This document shows, one piece after another, positions 11,086 to 21,123 of a stretch of DNA of 64,000 nt. The first letter of the stretch is position 1, and each line of letters starts with the position of its first letter. A model generated the notes under the pieces. It was not told the origin of the DNA. It worked only from the letters and a program-made list of their open reading frames with translations, and did no database searches. This stretch comes from Candidatus Poribacteria bacterium (lineage in GTDB: Bacteria; Poribacteria; WGA-4E; PCPOR2b): the NCBI GenBank assembly GCA_965198175.1, contig OZ240245.1, positions 3,200,001-3,264,000 on the forward strand, in the 5' to 3' direction. A program made the translations under genes and the position numbers.

Positions 11086-12003
11086 TCAATTGAAATTACG
11101 GTCCCCATCCGATTCAACGTCAAAATCATCGCCATTCTTTAAAAGCGCTCGAGTTCTGTCGTGGAACTCTCGATCATTATCATTTGAGATGTAATCACCG
11201 CATATTCTACGGAAGACAGCGTTCTCTATAATGCTGTCAATGTAACCATAGTCAAGCTTGGTTCGCCGCTGAATTTCCGTTGGATCCACACCGTTTTTGT
11301 ACATACCGAGTACCTCGTGCTCGACGCGTTGACGCAACATCCATTCTTTCAACTCATCTTCAGTGACGCCGGTCTCCGCAGTTATTTCATCGAAGCTTTT
11401 GCCTCGGCGCAGCATACCGTGCGCTTCGACTTCGGCTGCTGTTTTGTTTATCACTTCTATTGCGTTTTCAATGATCTCAGATTCTGATTCTGGTGACTGC
11501 GATTCAACCAATTGCGCTTCCGCTACCGTGTCCTCGTCATGGTTGTCTTGCACGACTGCTGGGAGAGGCGGTTTGATGTTCTTGACGGCTTGATTCAGCG
11601 TTAGCAACGCTTTGGGAACGAGCGAGATTTGTTCTTTTGGGCTAAGGGATGAAATTGTAGATTCCAGATTGTCAAATGCGGCGTTCAACGCAGTCACAGA
11701 CTTGGATTCGAGTTGCCGGAGGTGCTTTTCTCGTGCCGTAGCATAATTAGCCTGCATTAGCCTATATTGCTTAGCCCACTTTTCGGCGTTGTATCGGCTG
11801 TCGTTCGGGTTGACGGTGCAGATGGCTTCTTTCGCCAATCGACGGTCGGCTTTTGGATCGCCTGTAGATCGCTCCGGATATCGCTCGACAAGCGCGTCAG
11901 CGACTTCGGTTGTGCCATAGTCCTGCGCAAACATGGCGAGCCATTCAGCGAGTTCGGATTGAGTCTGGTGGTACGGGTTTTTGTAACTTCGTTTTTGTGT
12001 CAT
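11086..12003 (-). CDS. Hypothetical protein with two C-terminal HTH-like repeats
   Basis: 305-aa ORF with RBS GAGGA; repeats GMLRRGKSFDEITAETGV and GMYKNGVDPTEIQRRTKL. Confidence 0.6.
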   Translation of the reverse strand: MTQKRSYKNPYHQTQSELAEWLAMFAQDYGTTEVADALVERYPERSTGDPKADRRLAKEAICTVNPNDSRYNAEKWAKQYRLMQANYATAREKHLRQLESKSVTALNAAFDNLESTISSLSPKEQISLVPKALLTLNQAVKNIKPPLPAVVQDNHDEDTVAEAQLVESQSPESESEIIENAIEVINKTAAEVEAHGMLRRGKSFDEITAETGVTEDELKEWMLRQRVEHEVLGMYKNGVDPTEIQRRTKLDYGYIDSIIENAVFRRICGDYISNDNDREFHDRTRALLKNGDDFDVESDGDRNFN

Positions 12004-12382
12004 TTTATCCTCTCTGGTGATTTAGATGGAACGTCTAGGTGATTTGTCCTTTCGACGGTTACAATAATCCTACGTTTTTCGTGTATATTATACCACATCT
12101 GAGCTGTATCATGCAGGCGTTTTATATCAACTAATATTTAGGTATTTGAACACCGAAAGCCTCCTGGTTCAGCAGTTCATCGCCGGATAGCGTAACACCT
12201 CAATGAATCGGGTAACTAATACTTGTGCTGAGCGCATTAAAACTTTGAATGGAGATTTTCAAGCGCGTTTTGAAAAAAAAGGGGGTTGAAAGCCGTTTGA
12301 ATGAATCTTTATTGAACTCGCTCTGATTTTTTGCTATACTTAAAACAACTTCAATACGAATCAACACCAAGGAGATTATCCA

Positions 12383-13804
12383 ATGGCTAAGGAGACCGAT
12401 GAAAAAGCGTATTCCATTTTTAATAATCGTACCGTTGCAGACATTCATCAAGGAATCCAGGAGGTTTATCTCTCCGATTCACGTCCATGGGTAGTGGGCT
12501 ATAGCGGCGGAAAGGACTCAACGACGGCGCTTCAACTGATATGGTATGCCCTCGAAGAACTTCCGCCTGAACAACGGCAAAAACCAGTTTACGTCATCAC
12601 GTCCGACACGCTGGTGGAAACCCCTGTGATTGTGGATTACATTACGAGCACCTTGGATCGAATTGAACAGGCTGCCCGAAAATCAGGGATGCCGTTTCAA
12701 ACGCACATTGTCACACCGAAAACGGACGAGACGTTTTGGGTGAACCTCATCGGCAAGGGGTATGGGGCTCCGTACTCGAAATTTCGTTGGTGCACCGATC
12801 GGATGAAGATTCAGCCAGCGAATCGATTCATACTTGAGAAAGTGGCTGACTATGGCGAAGTCGTTCTAATTCTCGGTGTTCGCAAAGGGGAGAGCACAAC
12901 ACGAGATCAGGTGTTGAGTTTGCATCAAATCAAGGGGTCCCAACTTTCGCGCCATACGTCACTACCCAACGCTTTTGTGTACACGCCAATCGTCGACTTT
13001 GGTCTCAACGATGTGTGGATTTACCTGTTTCAAGTCCCCTCGCCATGGGAAAATGACAACAAGGAGTTATTTGCGCTGTATCGTAATGCAAACGCAGGGG
13101 AATGTCCGTTAGTCGTTGACGAGACGACGCCTTCTTGCGGCAATAGCCGATTCGGGTGCTGGACGTGTACCGTTGTCTCGAAAGACAGGTCAATGGAAGC
13201 GATGATTGACAACGGCGAGGATTGGATGATGCCGTTACTCGAATTTCGGGACTTTCTCGCCTCAACGCAGGAACCGGAAAACAAGGCTAAAATTCGGGAA
13301 CATCGCCGTCGTGGCGGATTTGTTAGTGAACGAAATGGGCAGTTGGTTCGTGGACCCTATAAATTGGAGTTTTGTAAAGAACTGCTACGAAGACTTCTAG
13401 AAACACAACAGCAGGTTCGTCAGGAAGGTCCCGATCCAAACATTGAGTTAATCACTCCACCAGAGCTTGAAGAGATTCGTAGAATCTGGCGGACCGAGCG
13501 TCAAGATTGGGAGGATTGTGTACCACAGATTTATCGAGAGGTTGTGGGCGAAAAACTCGACTGGATTGAGGATGACCTTGGGACATTCACAGCGTCCGAT
13601 AAAGCGATTTTAGAAGAGCTATGTATCGACTCGGAAATTCCTGTTACGCTCGTTGCGAAGTTACTCGACACGGAGAGGCAATTCTACGGAATGAGTCGTC
13701 GGGCGGCAATATATGACCGAATCAATGCGGTTTTTCACGAAGATTGGCGATCTGAAGGAACTGTGCTTGCCGACCTTGAAAAGGACGTGGAGAATATGAA
13801 CTGA
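12383..13804 (+). CDS. dndC: DNA phosphorothioation system sulfurtransferase DndC
   Basis: PWVVGYSGGKDS PP-loop, DTLVE, RWCTDRMKI, ECPLV and CGNSRFGCWTCT motifs; followed by the dndD start. Confidence 0.93.
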   Translation: MAKETDEKAYSIFNNRTVADIHQGIQEVYLSDSRPWVVGYSGGKDSTTALQLIWYALEELPPEQRQKPVYVITSDTLVETPVIVDYITSTLDRIEQAARKSGMPFQTHIVTPKTDETFWVNLIGKGYGAPYSKFRWCTDRMKIQPANRFILEKVADYGEVVLILGVRKGESTTRDQVLSLHQIKGSQLSRHTSLPNAFVYTPIVDFGLNDVWIYLFQVPSPWENDNKELFALYRNANAGECPLVVDETTPSCGNSRFGCWTCTVVSKDRSMEAMIDNGEDWMMPLLEFRDFLASTQEPENKAKIREHRRRGGFVSERNGQLVRGPYKLEFCKELLRRLLETQQQVRQEGPDPNIELITPPELEEIRRIWRTERQDWEDCVPQIYREVVGEKLDWIEDDLGTFTASDKAILEELCIDSEIPVTLVAKLLDTERQFYGMSRRAAIYDRINAVFHEDWRSEGTVLADLEKDVENMN

Positions 13805-14037
13805 TGATCCTCCACCGACTCACACTCAAAGATTTTGGACTCTTTTCTGGGGAGCAGACGTTTTGTCTGACTCCGCGAATCAGATACAAGAAGCGGCGTC
13901 CTGTCATCCTCATTGGAGGCAAAAGCGGGACAGGCAAGACAACTATACTTGAAGCTGTACGTCTCTGTTTGTACGGTCCCCGATCGTTGGGCAACCGTCA
14001 ATGGGTAACCAATCCTATTCAACTGTCACCTAATTAG
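13804..14037 (+). pseudogene. dndD: DndD N-terminal fragment (SMC-like ATPase, truncated after about 65 aa)
   Basis: Start overlaps the dndC stop; LKDFGLFSGEQ...ILIGGKSGTGKTTILEAVRLCLYG Walker A; ends abruptly at the convergent HNH gene. Confidence 0.85.
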
Positions 14038-15008
14038 GATAGTTTTGTGTAATTAAGTCATTCTCGAAAAACATTTCCGCGATGCCACGCCATGGCGTCC
14101 TGCGCAGGATAAAACTTAGCTTGGTCAGGCAACTGTATTCTTTTTTTTCGGAGTTCGATGAGTACCCACTCTGACGCATGTTGGTCGTATAATTCCGGTG
14201 AAACCTTGACTCTATAAGTCTTGCTCAACGAGATTAGTCCTCTGTCAAATGCCCAATGATGCAGCTTGCACAACGAAATCCCGTTCCGTACATCGTTATT
14301 TTGAAAGGCATGATACGGGATGATGTGGGCGGCATCGGTTGCGCTCTCTCCGTCTGTAGTGACGATACACAACTCGCAGACAGCACAAGTATAGTTGTAC
14401 AGTTGCATGATTGCGCGACGGAAACCCGCTTGACGAATGCGAATTATCCTTTGGACTAGTGTCGCTGGTTGTTCCGCTACCAAAGGAAGTTTGGTCCTAG
14501 TGAATAGTGAATAGGTATATTTCCAAGTCTCCTGATTCTCCGCAATGAGATTTACCAATTCTTCCTCGAAGTCTGGAAAATAGGTTTGGATAAGCGTTTG
14601 GCGTAGCACCTCTCGACTGGCTGGATCGACCAACAAAACAAAGAGTTCGTCATCAAGCGTCGAATGGGATACAAGTTTACGTAGACGAGATATGCTTGTG
14701 ATCCGACGTGCGCTACTCAATTCCCTTTCATACCCTGCGTTTGCATGGAGGTGCCAAAATCCAGTACTCTTTTTACCTTTTAAGTGAAAAAACGGCATAG
14801 CGATGTTAGGTTGCCGTTCGGTCACTATTGGCCAATACTTGAGGAAAGTTGCCGCTAATTCAGCACACAAGCGAATTTTGTTTTCGGAAAACTGTCCACT
14901 ATCTATCAACTCTATGATCGACAAGAGAAGGACCTGCTGATGTGGTGCGGGACCATGCGCCATGTCTACATTCAAGTGACTGAATTTGTGGATATATTTT
15001 CTTAAGCT

Positions 15009-16076
15009 TAGGAGTTACGCAGTTGAGAGCAAATAGGTTATAATTTGAGCATGAATCCATCGAAATATAATGACATTGACTATATCAATTTCTTGGTTGG
15101 CACTCAGAAAAGTTACAGTTGTCTTGAGGCAGAAAAGGTTCAACCCCAAACTGATGACTCACCGGCTCATGATTCGATAACCAGACTTTTGCATCGAGAT
15201 GAACCCGATACCGGCAAACTGTGGCACGAATCAAAAAGTCAGGTGAAATTGAAATCAGGAATTCTAGTTATAGATGATTCGACCCTTAGATGAAGGATCG
15301 ATCCTTCATCTGATAAACCTTATTCCCAAAAGATTGACCTAGTGACAAAACACTGGTCGGGGAAACACCATCGAGTTGTGCATGGCATTAACCTAATCAC
15401 TTTGCTTTGGACGAATGGCGATAGACATATTCCATGTGATTATCGAATCTATAACAAAGCCAAGGACGGCTTGACGAAAAATGACCATTTCCGTGCAATG
15501 CTGACGGAAGCGAAGAACCGTGGCTTTGTTCCCGAATGTCTTTGCTTTGATAGTTGGTATGCTAGCCTAGAGAATCTAAAAGCCGTCCGAGATTATGGTT
15601 GGAGATGGCTGACTCGTCTAGCTGCCAACCGACGGGTCAGTAAAGATTATTCCGGTAATCGTCCTGTAAGTACAGTGCCGATTGAATCAACGGGTACGAT
15701 TGTTCATCTTAAGGGTTATGGATTGATTTTGGTATTCAAGGTGGACACTCCAGAAGGTGACATTGAATATTGGGCAACGAACGACTTACACATGAACGAG
15801 TTAACACGTCTCAAATATACGGAATGGTCTTGGGCAATAGAAGAATATCATCGTGGCATTAAGCAATTCGTTGGCGTCGAACGGGCACAAGTGCGGTCGA
15901 CTCGCACTCAAAGCAATCATATCGGTTTAGCGCTGAGAGCCTTTCTGAGAATTGAGCATTACTGTTATCATACCGGCACCAGTTGGTTTGAAGCAAAACT
16001 CTCAATTGTCAGAAAGGCTGTCCGTGATTATTTGGTGCAGCCTCTTTTTACGCTTGAGTCAACTGCGTAACTCCTA
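15009..16076 (+). mobile_element. IS701-family insertion sequence
   Basis: Terminal IRs TAGGAGTTACGCAGTTGA / TCAACTGCGTAACTCCTA; 5-bp direct repeat AAGCT at 15004-15008 and 16077-16081. Confidence 0.9.
15051..16070 (+). pseudogene. IS701-family DDE transposase with in-frame 24-bp insertion carrying TGA
   Basis: PAHDSITRLL, IDDSTL|DKPYS, FDSWY and WAIEEYHRGIKQ motifs in one frame; stop at 15291-15293 lies inside the inserted palindrome. Confidence 0.85.
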
Positions 16077-16594
16077 AAGCTATTGGTGGACATATTATCT
16101 TTATGAATCTCTGGTTATAAATCAAATAGTAGCACACCGATCGAATCGAGAAAGGGTAAACATGGCAAATTCTTTTCTAAACATAAACAAAAGAAAGGTG
16201 ATTGACCAAGTGATGTCACAGACGGTGGAATTCTCAGAACTTCATCGCTTTAACTTATCGCATTCATAAAGTAATTCGCTGGACAGGTGTTTTGGTTGCA
16301 TTGTATCCTGCGAGATGAAGCTAGGTGATTGTCAACGATTCATCTCGGCTTCCTCCAGTCGTGTGAGGTGACTAACCGCCTCACGGGACGTATTGATTGC
16401 CATAATTAGGACGTGAATCCCTGTGCCTGAGGCAACCCAGTTTCACTGTTCAGGAACTGGATTGTCGATTCTCTCACCTAGTCTTAACACTCCTAACCAA
16501 ATTGAGTATCCCAATGAACCAGCGTCTGGACAAAAGGGCGCAGGTGTTTTATTGCCTGCTTTTGTCGCTCAATCTAACAAAGGAGTGTTCACCA

Positions 16595-16885
16595 ATGTTT
16601 ATCGAATTTCCTCAGCCCGACAAGCTCATCAACATTGACATCATCGACCGAATTGAAATCCAAACTGTTCGGTAGCGTGGAGAGATGAATCACAAACTGT
16701 TGCTTTATCGCAATCATAGCTACTCGGTCGGCACTCCAAGCAGCAGCAAAAATTTCAATGGCGAAATCTGGCGATTCGTGCTGATGAAGCCACAAAACAA
16801 AGAGCAAATCTATGAGGTGTGGAATACTCTCATCGAAAACCTCGGCGAAGAAGTCGTTACCATCAATACCCCGCTTCTGGGGTAA
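16595..16885 (+). pseudogene. Small hypothetical ORF with one in-frame TAG
   Basis: RBS AAGGAG then ATG 16595 (MFIEFPQPDKLINIDII...); TAG at 16673; continues in frame into the 16685-16885 ORF. Confidence 0.45.
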
Positions 16886-16943
16886 AATCTAAGGGAGCGG
16901 CTCACGCCGTCCCCACTACTTTACAAGGAGATTTACAACGTCT

Positions 16944-17129
16944 ATGAAACTGATTATCGAGGAGCGACTCCAAGCTGTTGAAGTTGAAGTGAAGAACCTC
17001 AAAACTCACTTGGAAGCATTGCCACCCACGCATGACGTTTCCGTTGATAATGTGCATGGTATAGTTACTGATATGGTTAATAGTATATTCGATCACGCAC
17101 GAGCAATCGAACGCGGTCGTACTATATGA
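16944..17129 (+). CDS. Small hypothetical protein (coiled-coil-like)
   Basis: 61-aa ORF preceded by a hairpin and AAGGAG. Confidence 0.45.
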   Translation: MKLIIEERLQAVEVEVKNLKTHLEALPPTHDVSVDNVHGIVTDMVNSIFDHARAIERGRTI

Positions 17130-17155
17130 TATAACCCAGAAATGGATTAACATCT

Positions 17156-17446
17156 ATGGACGGGGCGACTAGCTCCGCCCCCCTACTCTACAAGGAGATT
17201 GTTTTGATAGATACTACCACTCAGGAGGAACTCAGATGTAAGAAGTTGATTATCGTTGGCAATAATGGCGAAGAAGTTATCTTGCGTGTTGCTACGGAGC
17301 CTGCCGTACGCGATTCACTTGATAACCATGTGATAAGAGAGGCAATTACGCGCATTCGATTTGAAGACCACAATGGCAAAATTCAGGATATCGCATCCGT
17401 CCCTGAAGGTCAAGTCGAACTCGCATTAAGTAATCCTGTTAGCTAG
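17156..17446 (+). CDS. Small hypothetical protein
   Basis: ORF with an internal AAGGAG; the real start is probably near 17204. Confidence 0.4.
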   Translation: MDGATSSAPLLYKEIVLIDTTTQEELRCKKLIIVGNNGEEVILRVATEPAVRDSLDNHVIREAITRIRFEDHNGKIQDIASVPEGQVELALSNPVS

Positions 17447-17681
17447 ATAGGAACAGCATAAATTTGCCCATCAACTATCACAATTGACGATGGCGGTAAA
17501 GCCTTCAGCAAGTCATTATAATGGGACCCAAGTGTGCTAATTGGGTGTCCGATTGGCACACTACCTTCCTTCAACATGGGCGGCGTGTTTTTCACCAAAT
17601 TACTTATAAATCGTTCTGAACCTATTTGTTTTTCGCTTTTAGTTTCCATAACTTTCACGTCACATCACACGGAGATATGTA

Positions 17682-17885
17682 ATGCTAACCAATTCTGACC
17701 TAATAAGCCAAATCGAAAGTAAGGTTATTACATTAGAATCACTTCTTTCTGAGATTAGAGAAAACTTAGGCTGCCCTGAGTTTTTCAACAATCGAGAGGT
17801 ACAATTAAAGTTGTTATTAGATAGCGTCCATGTCAATCTTAATCAATGGTTCCGTGATAGAGATCGCCCACCCGTTTCGGATTAA
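17682..17885 (+). CDS. Small hypothetical protein, 3' end abutting the IS3 remnant
   Basis: GGAG RBS before ATG 17682; the C-terminus runs into IS3 sequence. Confidence 0.35.
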   Translation: MLTNSDLISQIESKVITLESLLSEIRENLGCPEFFNNREVQLKLLLDSVHVNLNQWFRDRDRPPVSD

Positions 17886-18306
17886 CAATATGTTCTTGAG
17901 AGCGAAGCCATGCAGTCAACCGAGGCACCCCATAGAACGGCGTCTTAGTGTACTGTTCGTCTACTAGACGCATATAGAGTAAATTTTGTTGCGATTCTAC
18001 TACAGGTCGGTAATAGAACGAAGACCTAGACAACCCCAATAGTTGACATTGTCTCGACACCGACGGTGAACGACAGCCCGGTTCAACAAGTTGCCGCTTC
18101 GGTTCAACGGAGCCGTTGAGTTTTTTTTGAAGCCAGTCGAGCTCTACCTTCAACTGACCGATTTGGCGATAGAGTTCAGCGACTAGCTGTTCGTTGTCGG
18201 AATCTGCTTTTGAACGTCCGTTTGCAAAGAGTTGAGGTAATGCTTCAAGCACTTGCTTTTTCCATTGACTGACTTGATTCGGGTGGATTCCATATTCACT
18301 GGCAAT
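17868..18306 (-). mobile_element. IS3-family transposase remnant (OrfA C-terminus and OrfB N-terminus)
   Basis: IASEYGIHPNQVSQWKKQ...LYRQIGQLKVELDWLQKK, then SRQCQLLGLSRSSFYY...PFYGVPRL...NPKRV; both ends are missing. Confidence 0.85.
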
Positions 18307-18356
18307 GTGTTGAGCCCGTGAAATTCTTGGTTTGCCATGCTAACTTCCGGAAGTCC

Positions 18357-18471
18357 GTAGGTTGGGTTGAGAGTGTAAAATAAATGCCTAGCTAAGGCAA
18401 ATGAGAGCGTCGCTAGTCACCGATGCTGTTGCCGCGCATAAAGATAGACCCAAACCCAACACCCAATCTAC
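18357..18471. repeat. GTAG-type REP inverted pair (REPIN-like)
   Basis: GTAGGTTGGGTTGAG...ACCCAATCTAC; same left end as the element at 31653. Confidence 0.6.
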
Positions 18472-18539
18472 GTGTTAATCATCATGCGTGGGTATCACTA
18501 CAGACTTGGGAGACCCAATTTGAATTGAATCCCGAAGTC

Positions 18540-20138
18540 CTAGCGTAATGCTTCGTGTTTTTCATCAGCGTTAATCTGGAAGCGTTCTAACAGAAAATCG
18601 CGTACTCCTTGCAGTGAGGAGTTGGTTAAAATTCCATCCGGTATGATGACCGCTGCACTTCCAATGCCGGGCTTGAGGAAAGCCCAGATGCGCTCAATAA
18701 AAAGGATCTCAGTCCGTTGGTTCTTGCGAGGTTTGTTGTTCCCTGCTTTATTCATCTGATTGCCCAATTCATAATCCTCAAGATAGGGATGTTCAGATAA
18801 CGACACTTTTGCGCCGAAAGGCGGGTTGGTCAAAATCAGGTCGATGGCGCCTTCTTTAAACTCATTGTTGCCGGTCCTTTCACGAATGCGGTCAAATTGT
18901 TGCAGTGCGTCCGCGCTGATGACGTTGGTGTGACCGTCGTCGTGGAGAATCATGTTCATTTTAGCGACACGAGCAATCTCTTCATTGACCTCAATTCCGA
19001 AAAGCATCGCTTTAGCGAAATCGTGCCAGTGCTTAAAACGGTCTACAGGATCGTCGTGATAATCGTTCGCCTCTTCACGCACATAGTCAAGCGCATGGAG
19101 TAGGAAACCACCAGAACCACAGGCTGGATCTAGTACGCGTTCATGGTTTTGGGGCCGCATCATTTGGACCATGAAATCAATAATTTCCCGCGGGGTGAAA
19201 TACTGACCGAAGTGGCCCTTGAAAAAGCCGTCCATAAACGTTTCAAATGCTACTCCTTTTGTATCAAGATCAGTCTTAGAGAGGTTAATGCTTTCGATAT
19301 GGGAGACAATGGTGCGGAGCGTTGCGGCGTCAATCTTGATGGTATCAGTGAAAACATCAGGTTCTCTCCGCTGCTGCACCTCATAGATTGACCGGATGCG
19401 CTCCGCGAGTTTGCTACTCGGCTCGTGTGTTTTGATTTGGAATTCGTAAGGTTCTCCATTTCTACGGTTTGCCTGCTCATCGTTGATTTTGACAAAGATA
19501 ATTTTACATAGTTCGCCGAAAGCCTCTGGGGGCGAGAGTTTGCCGCCTCCCCAAAGGGTCTGATGGCATTTCTTAATCGTAGAAATGAGCATTTCTTTGG
19601 AGACAGCCGAAATATCGTCTTGAGTTCCTTTCCGAAAACGGAATTCCTCTGGCTTGCCATACCGTCGCGGAAGGTCTGCAACGATATTTGCTTCACGTTC
19701 GAGAACCCCGTATCTCGGAGAGAAATCGAGAAATCGCCGTGTCTGACCTGCGACGACCCCAACAAAATTTGCGCGGAACTTTGCCCATGTTCCGTTGCCA
19801 CAAGCTTGCTCAACTGCTTGATTAAATTCTGAATCGGTGATGTCATCCTGCTTGAACTCAATCACCGCGTAGGGCTGAGTCCGTTTGTCATCGTGAAAAA
19901 TGACTAAATCGGCGGCGTCTCTTGGGGTGCGGTCAGGTACGGTTACTTCAACCCCAATACGGTTCGGTTCATAGCCGTAGCGGTAGACTAGTTCTGCCCA
20001 ATATTCAGCTCTAACTTTCTCTTCAGGGTCAGCATATCGTTCTTTGTGGTCAATTGCAACATAGGTAATCTTTTCAGCTTTCCCCTCTCCTGAAAGGTAA
20101 GCATCTTCATTTTTTAGTGCATTTTCTATGTAGGTCAT
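18540..20138 (-). pseudogene. N6-adenine DNA methyltransferase with N-terminal HsdR_N-like domain (type I/IIG RM), C-terminally truncated
   Basis: PEEKVR...ADLVI...IEFK nuclease-like N-terminus; GQYFTPR, DPACGSGGF, NPPF and PDGIL motifs; homology appears to stop at LLERFQI and no specificity gene follows. Confidence 0.75.
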
Positions 20139-20483
20139 GTTATTCTCCAGTGGGAAAAAATTATTGCGTTGCAGTCGTGGGGTCTTTATTAGTCGTTCGG
20201 GATAGCGATTATCCGGCTATCAATTGGCATTGTTGCGAAGTTTCGCCTCGTTCTCCTGTCTGAAACCATCATATAATTACCCTTAACAGAGGATAAGAGG
20301 CGCATAAGACAATCAGGATTACTCTATACGAATAACGTCAGTAGTTTACCACATTCGACAAGTAATCTGTTACGTTTTTGCTTTAGGTGCCAAATAATTA
20401 AAGACGGGGACGGCTGTGGAAGGGTAAAACGGCTGTCTTTTTCGTAATGATTCATCCGAGGTAACTCTGTAATGTTGGCAGTT

Positions 20484-20600
20484 GCAGCATACAGTTGAAA
20501 ACCAATTGTCGGATATGCTATACTAGCTGAACTTGAGGTGTGACGCGCACCTGCGTATGCCTAGGGACGATATGGTCATGCTTGGGCAAACTGCGGTAAG
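20484..20600 (+). repeat. Diverged copy of the promoter and first codons of the CPBP gene (28107-28220)
   Basis: GCAGCATAC.GTTGAA...TTGTC.GAT.TGCTATACTAGCTGAACTT.AGGTGT...TAGGGA.GATA..GTCATG is shared between the two sites. Confidence 0.75.
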
Positions 20601-20644
20601 TCATAGACCGAAAATCACACGCGATCACTTACGCGGTACATTTA

Positions 20645-20773
20645 GATCCTGTTTGGAAAGTATGTGGCAGAGCCATTGTTTGGCCATTTGAGGGTCAAAA
20701 TCATGGGATTTTCAAGGCATTTACTCCAAAATGGTTTCTCTCGAATACGGATTTGGACTTTTCAAACAGGCTC
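20645..20773. mobile_element. MITE with IS5-type ends
   Basis: GATCCTGTTTGGAAAG / CTTTTCAAACAGGCTC flanked by TTA/TAA; ends match the IS5 remnant at 22507-22963; no coding capacity. Confidence 0.75.
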
Positions 20774-21123
20774 TAAGTGTGAGTGGAAAAATCATCGTGT
20801 TCATTTTAGCGCTGATGTTGTCAATTTATGGGGTACGAAAGTGTTAATTGCGGTCAGGTCGGCCCCACTGTTGAGGGAGGCGATGGTCGGTACGATATTG
20901 AGAATTTTGGTCTGTTCAATCCTGAAGAGGCACAAAAGGAGTACGGTCATCGTTACTATGATCGGTACAATCGTTATCATAGCACCGCGCTCGGCAACTT
21001 TTTGTTTCAGGTTCCTGAAGCGTATCAGTAGTTTTGTTTTGTGACAAAATTTATTTTGTGGGGTATTATATTTTTGGATACGACTGCTTTTCACATCCAC
21101 ACTTTTGACGAAAGGGGTATGTA

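Larger units (their letters stand above)
14058..16093 (-). pseudogene. SBD-HNH phosphorothioated-DNA-dependent (type IV-like) restriction endonuclease, interrupted near its start by IS701
   Basis: APHQ..LLL and MPFFHL...FWHL (sulfur-binding-domain-like) plus HNH CAVC..DAAHI..NGISLCKLHHWAFDRG. Removing the IS and one AAGCT copy restores ATG16093-MSTNSLRKYIHKFSHLNVD in frame. Confidence 0.8.

Noticed and set aside
15288..15311. Selenocysteine insertion (TGA plus hairpin) in the transposase
   Set aside because: The TGA lies inside a perfect palindrome that interrupts a conserved motif. It does not resemble a bacterial SECIS and does not align with a Cys position.
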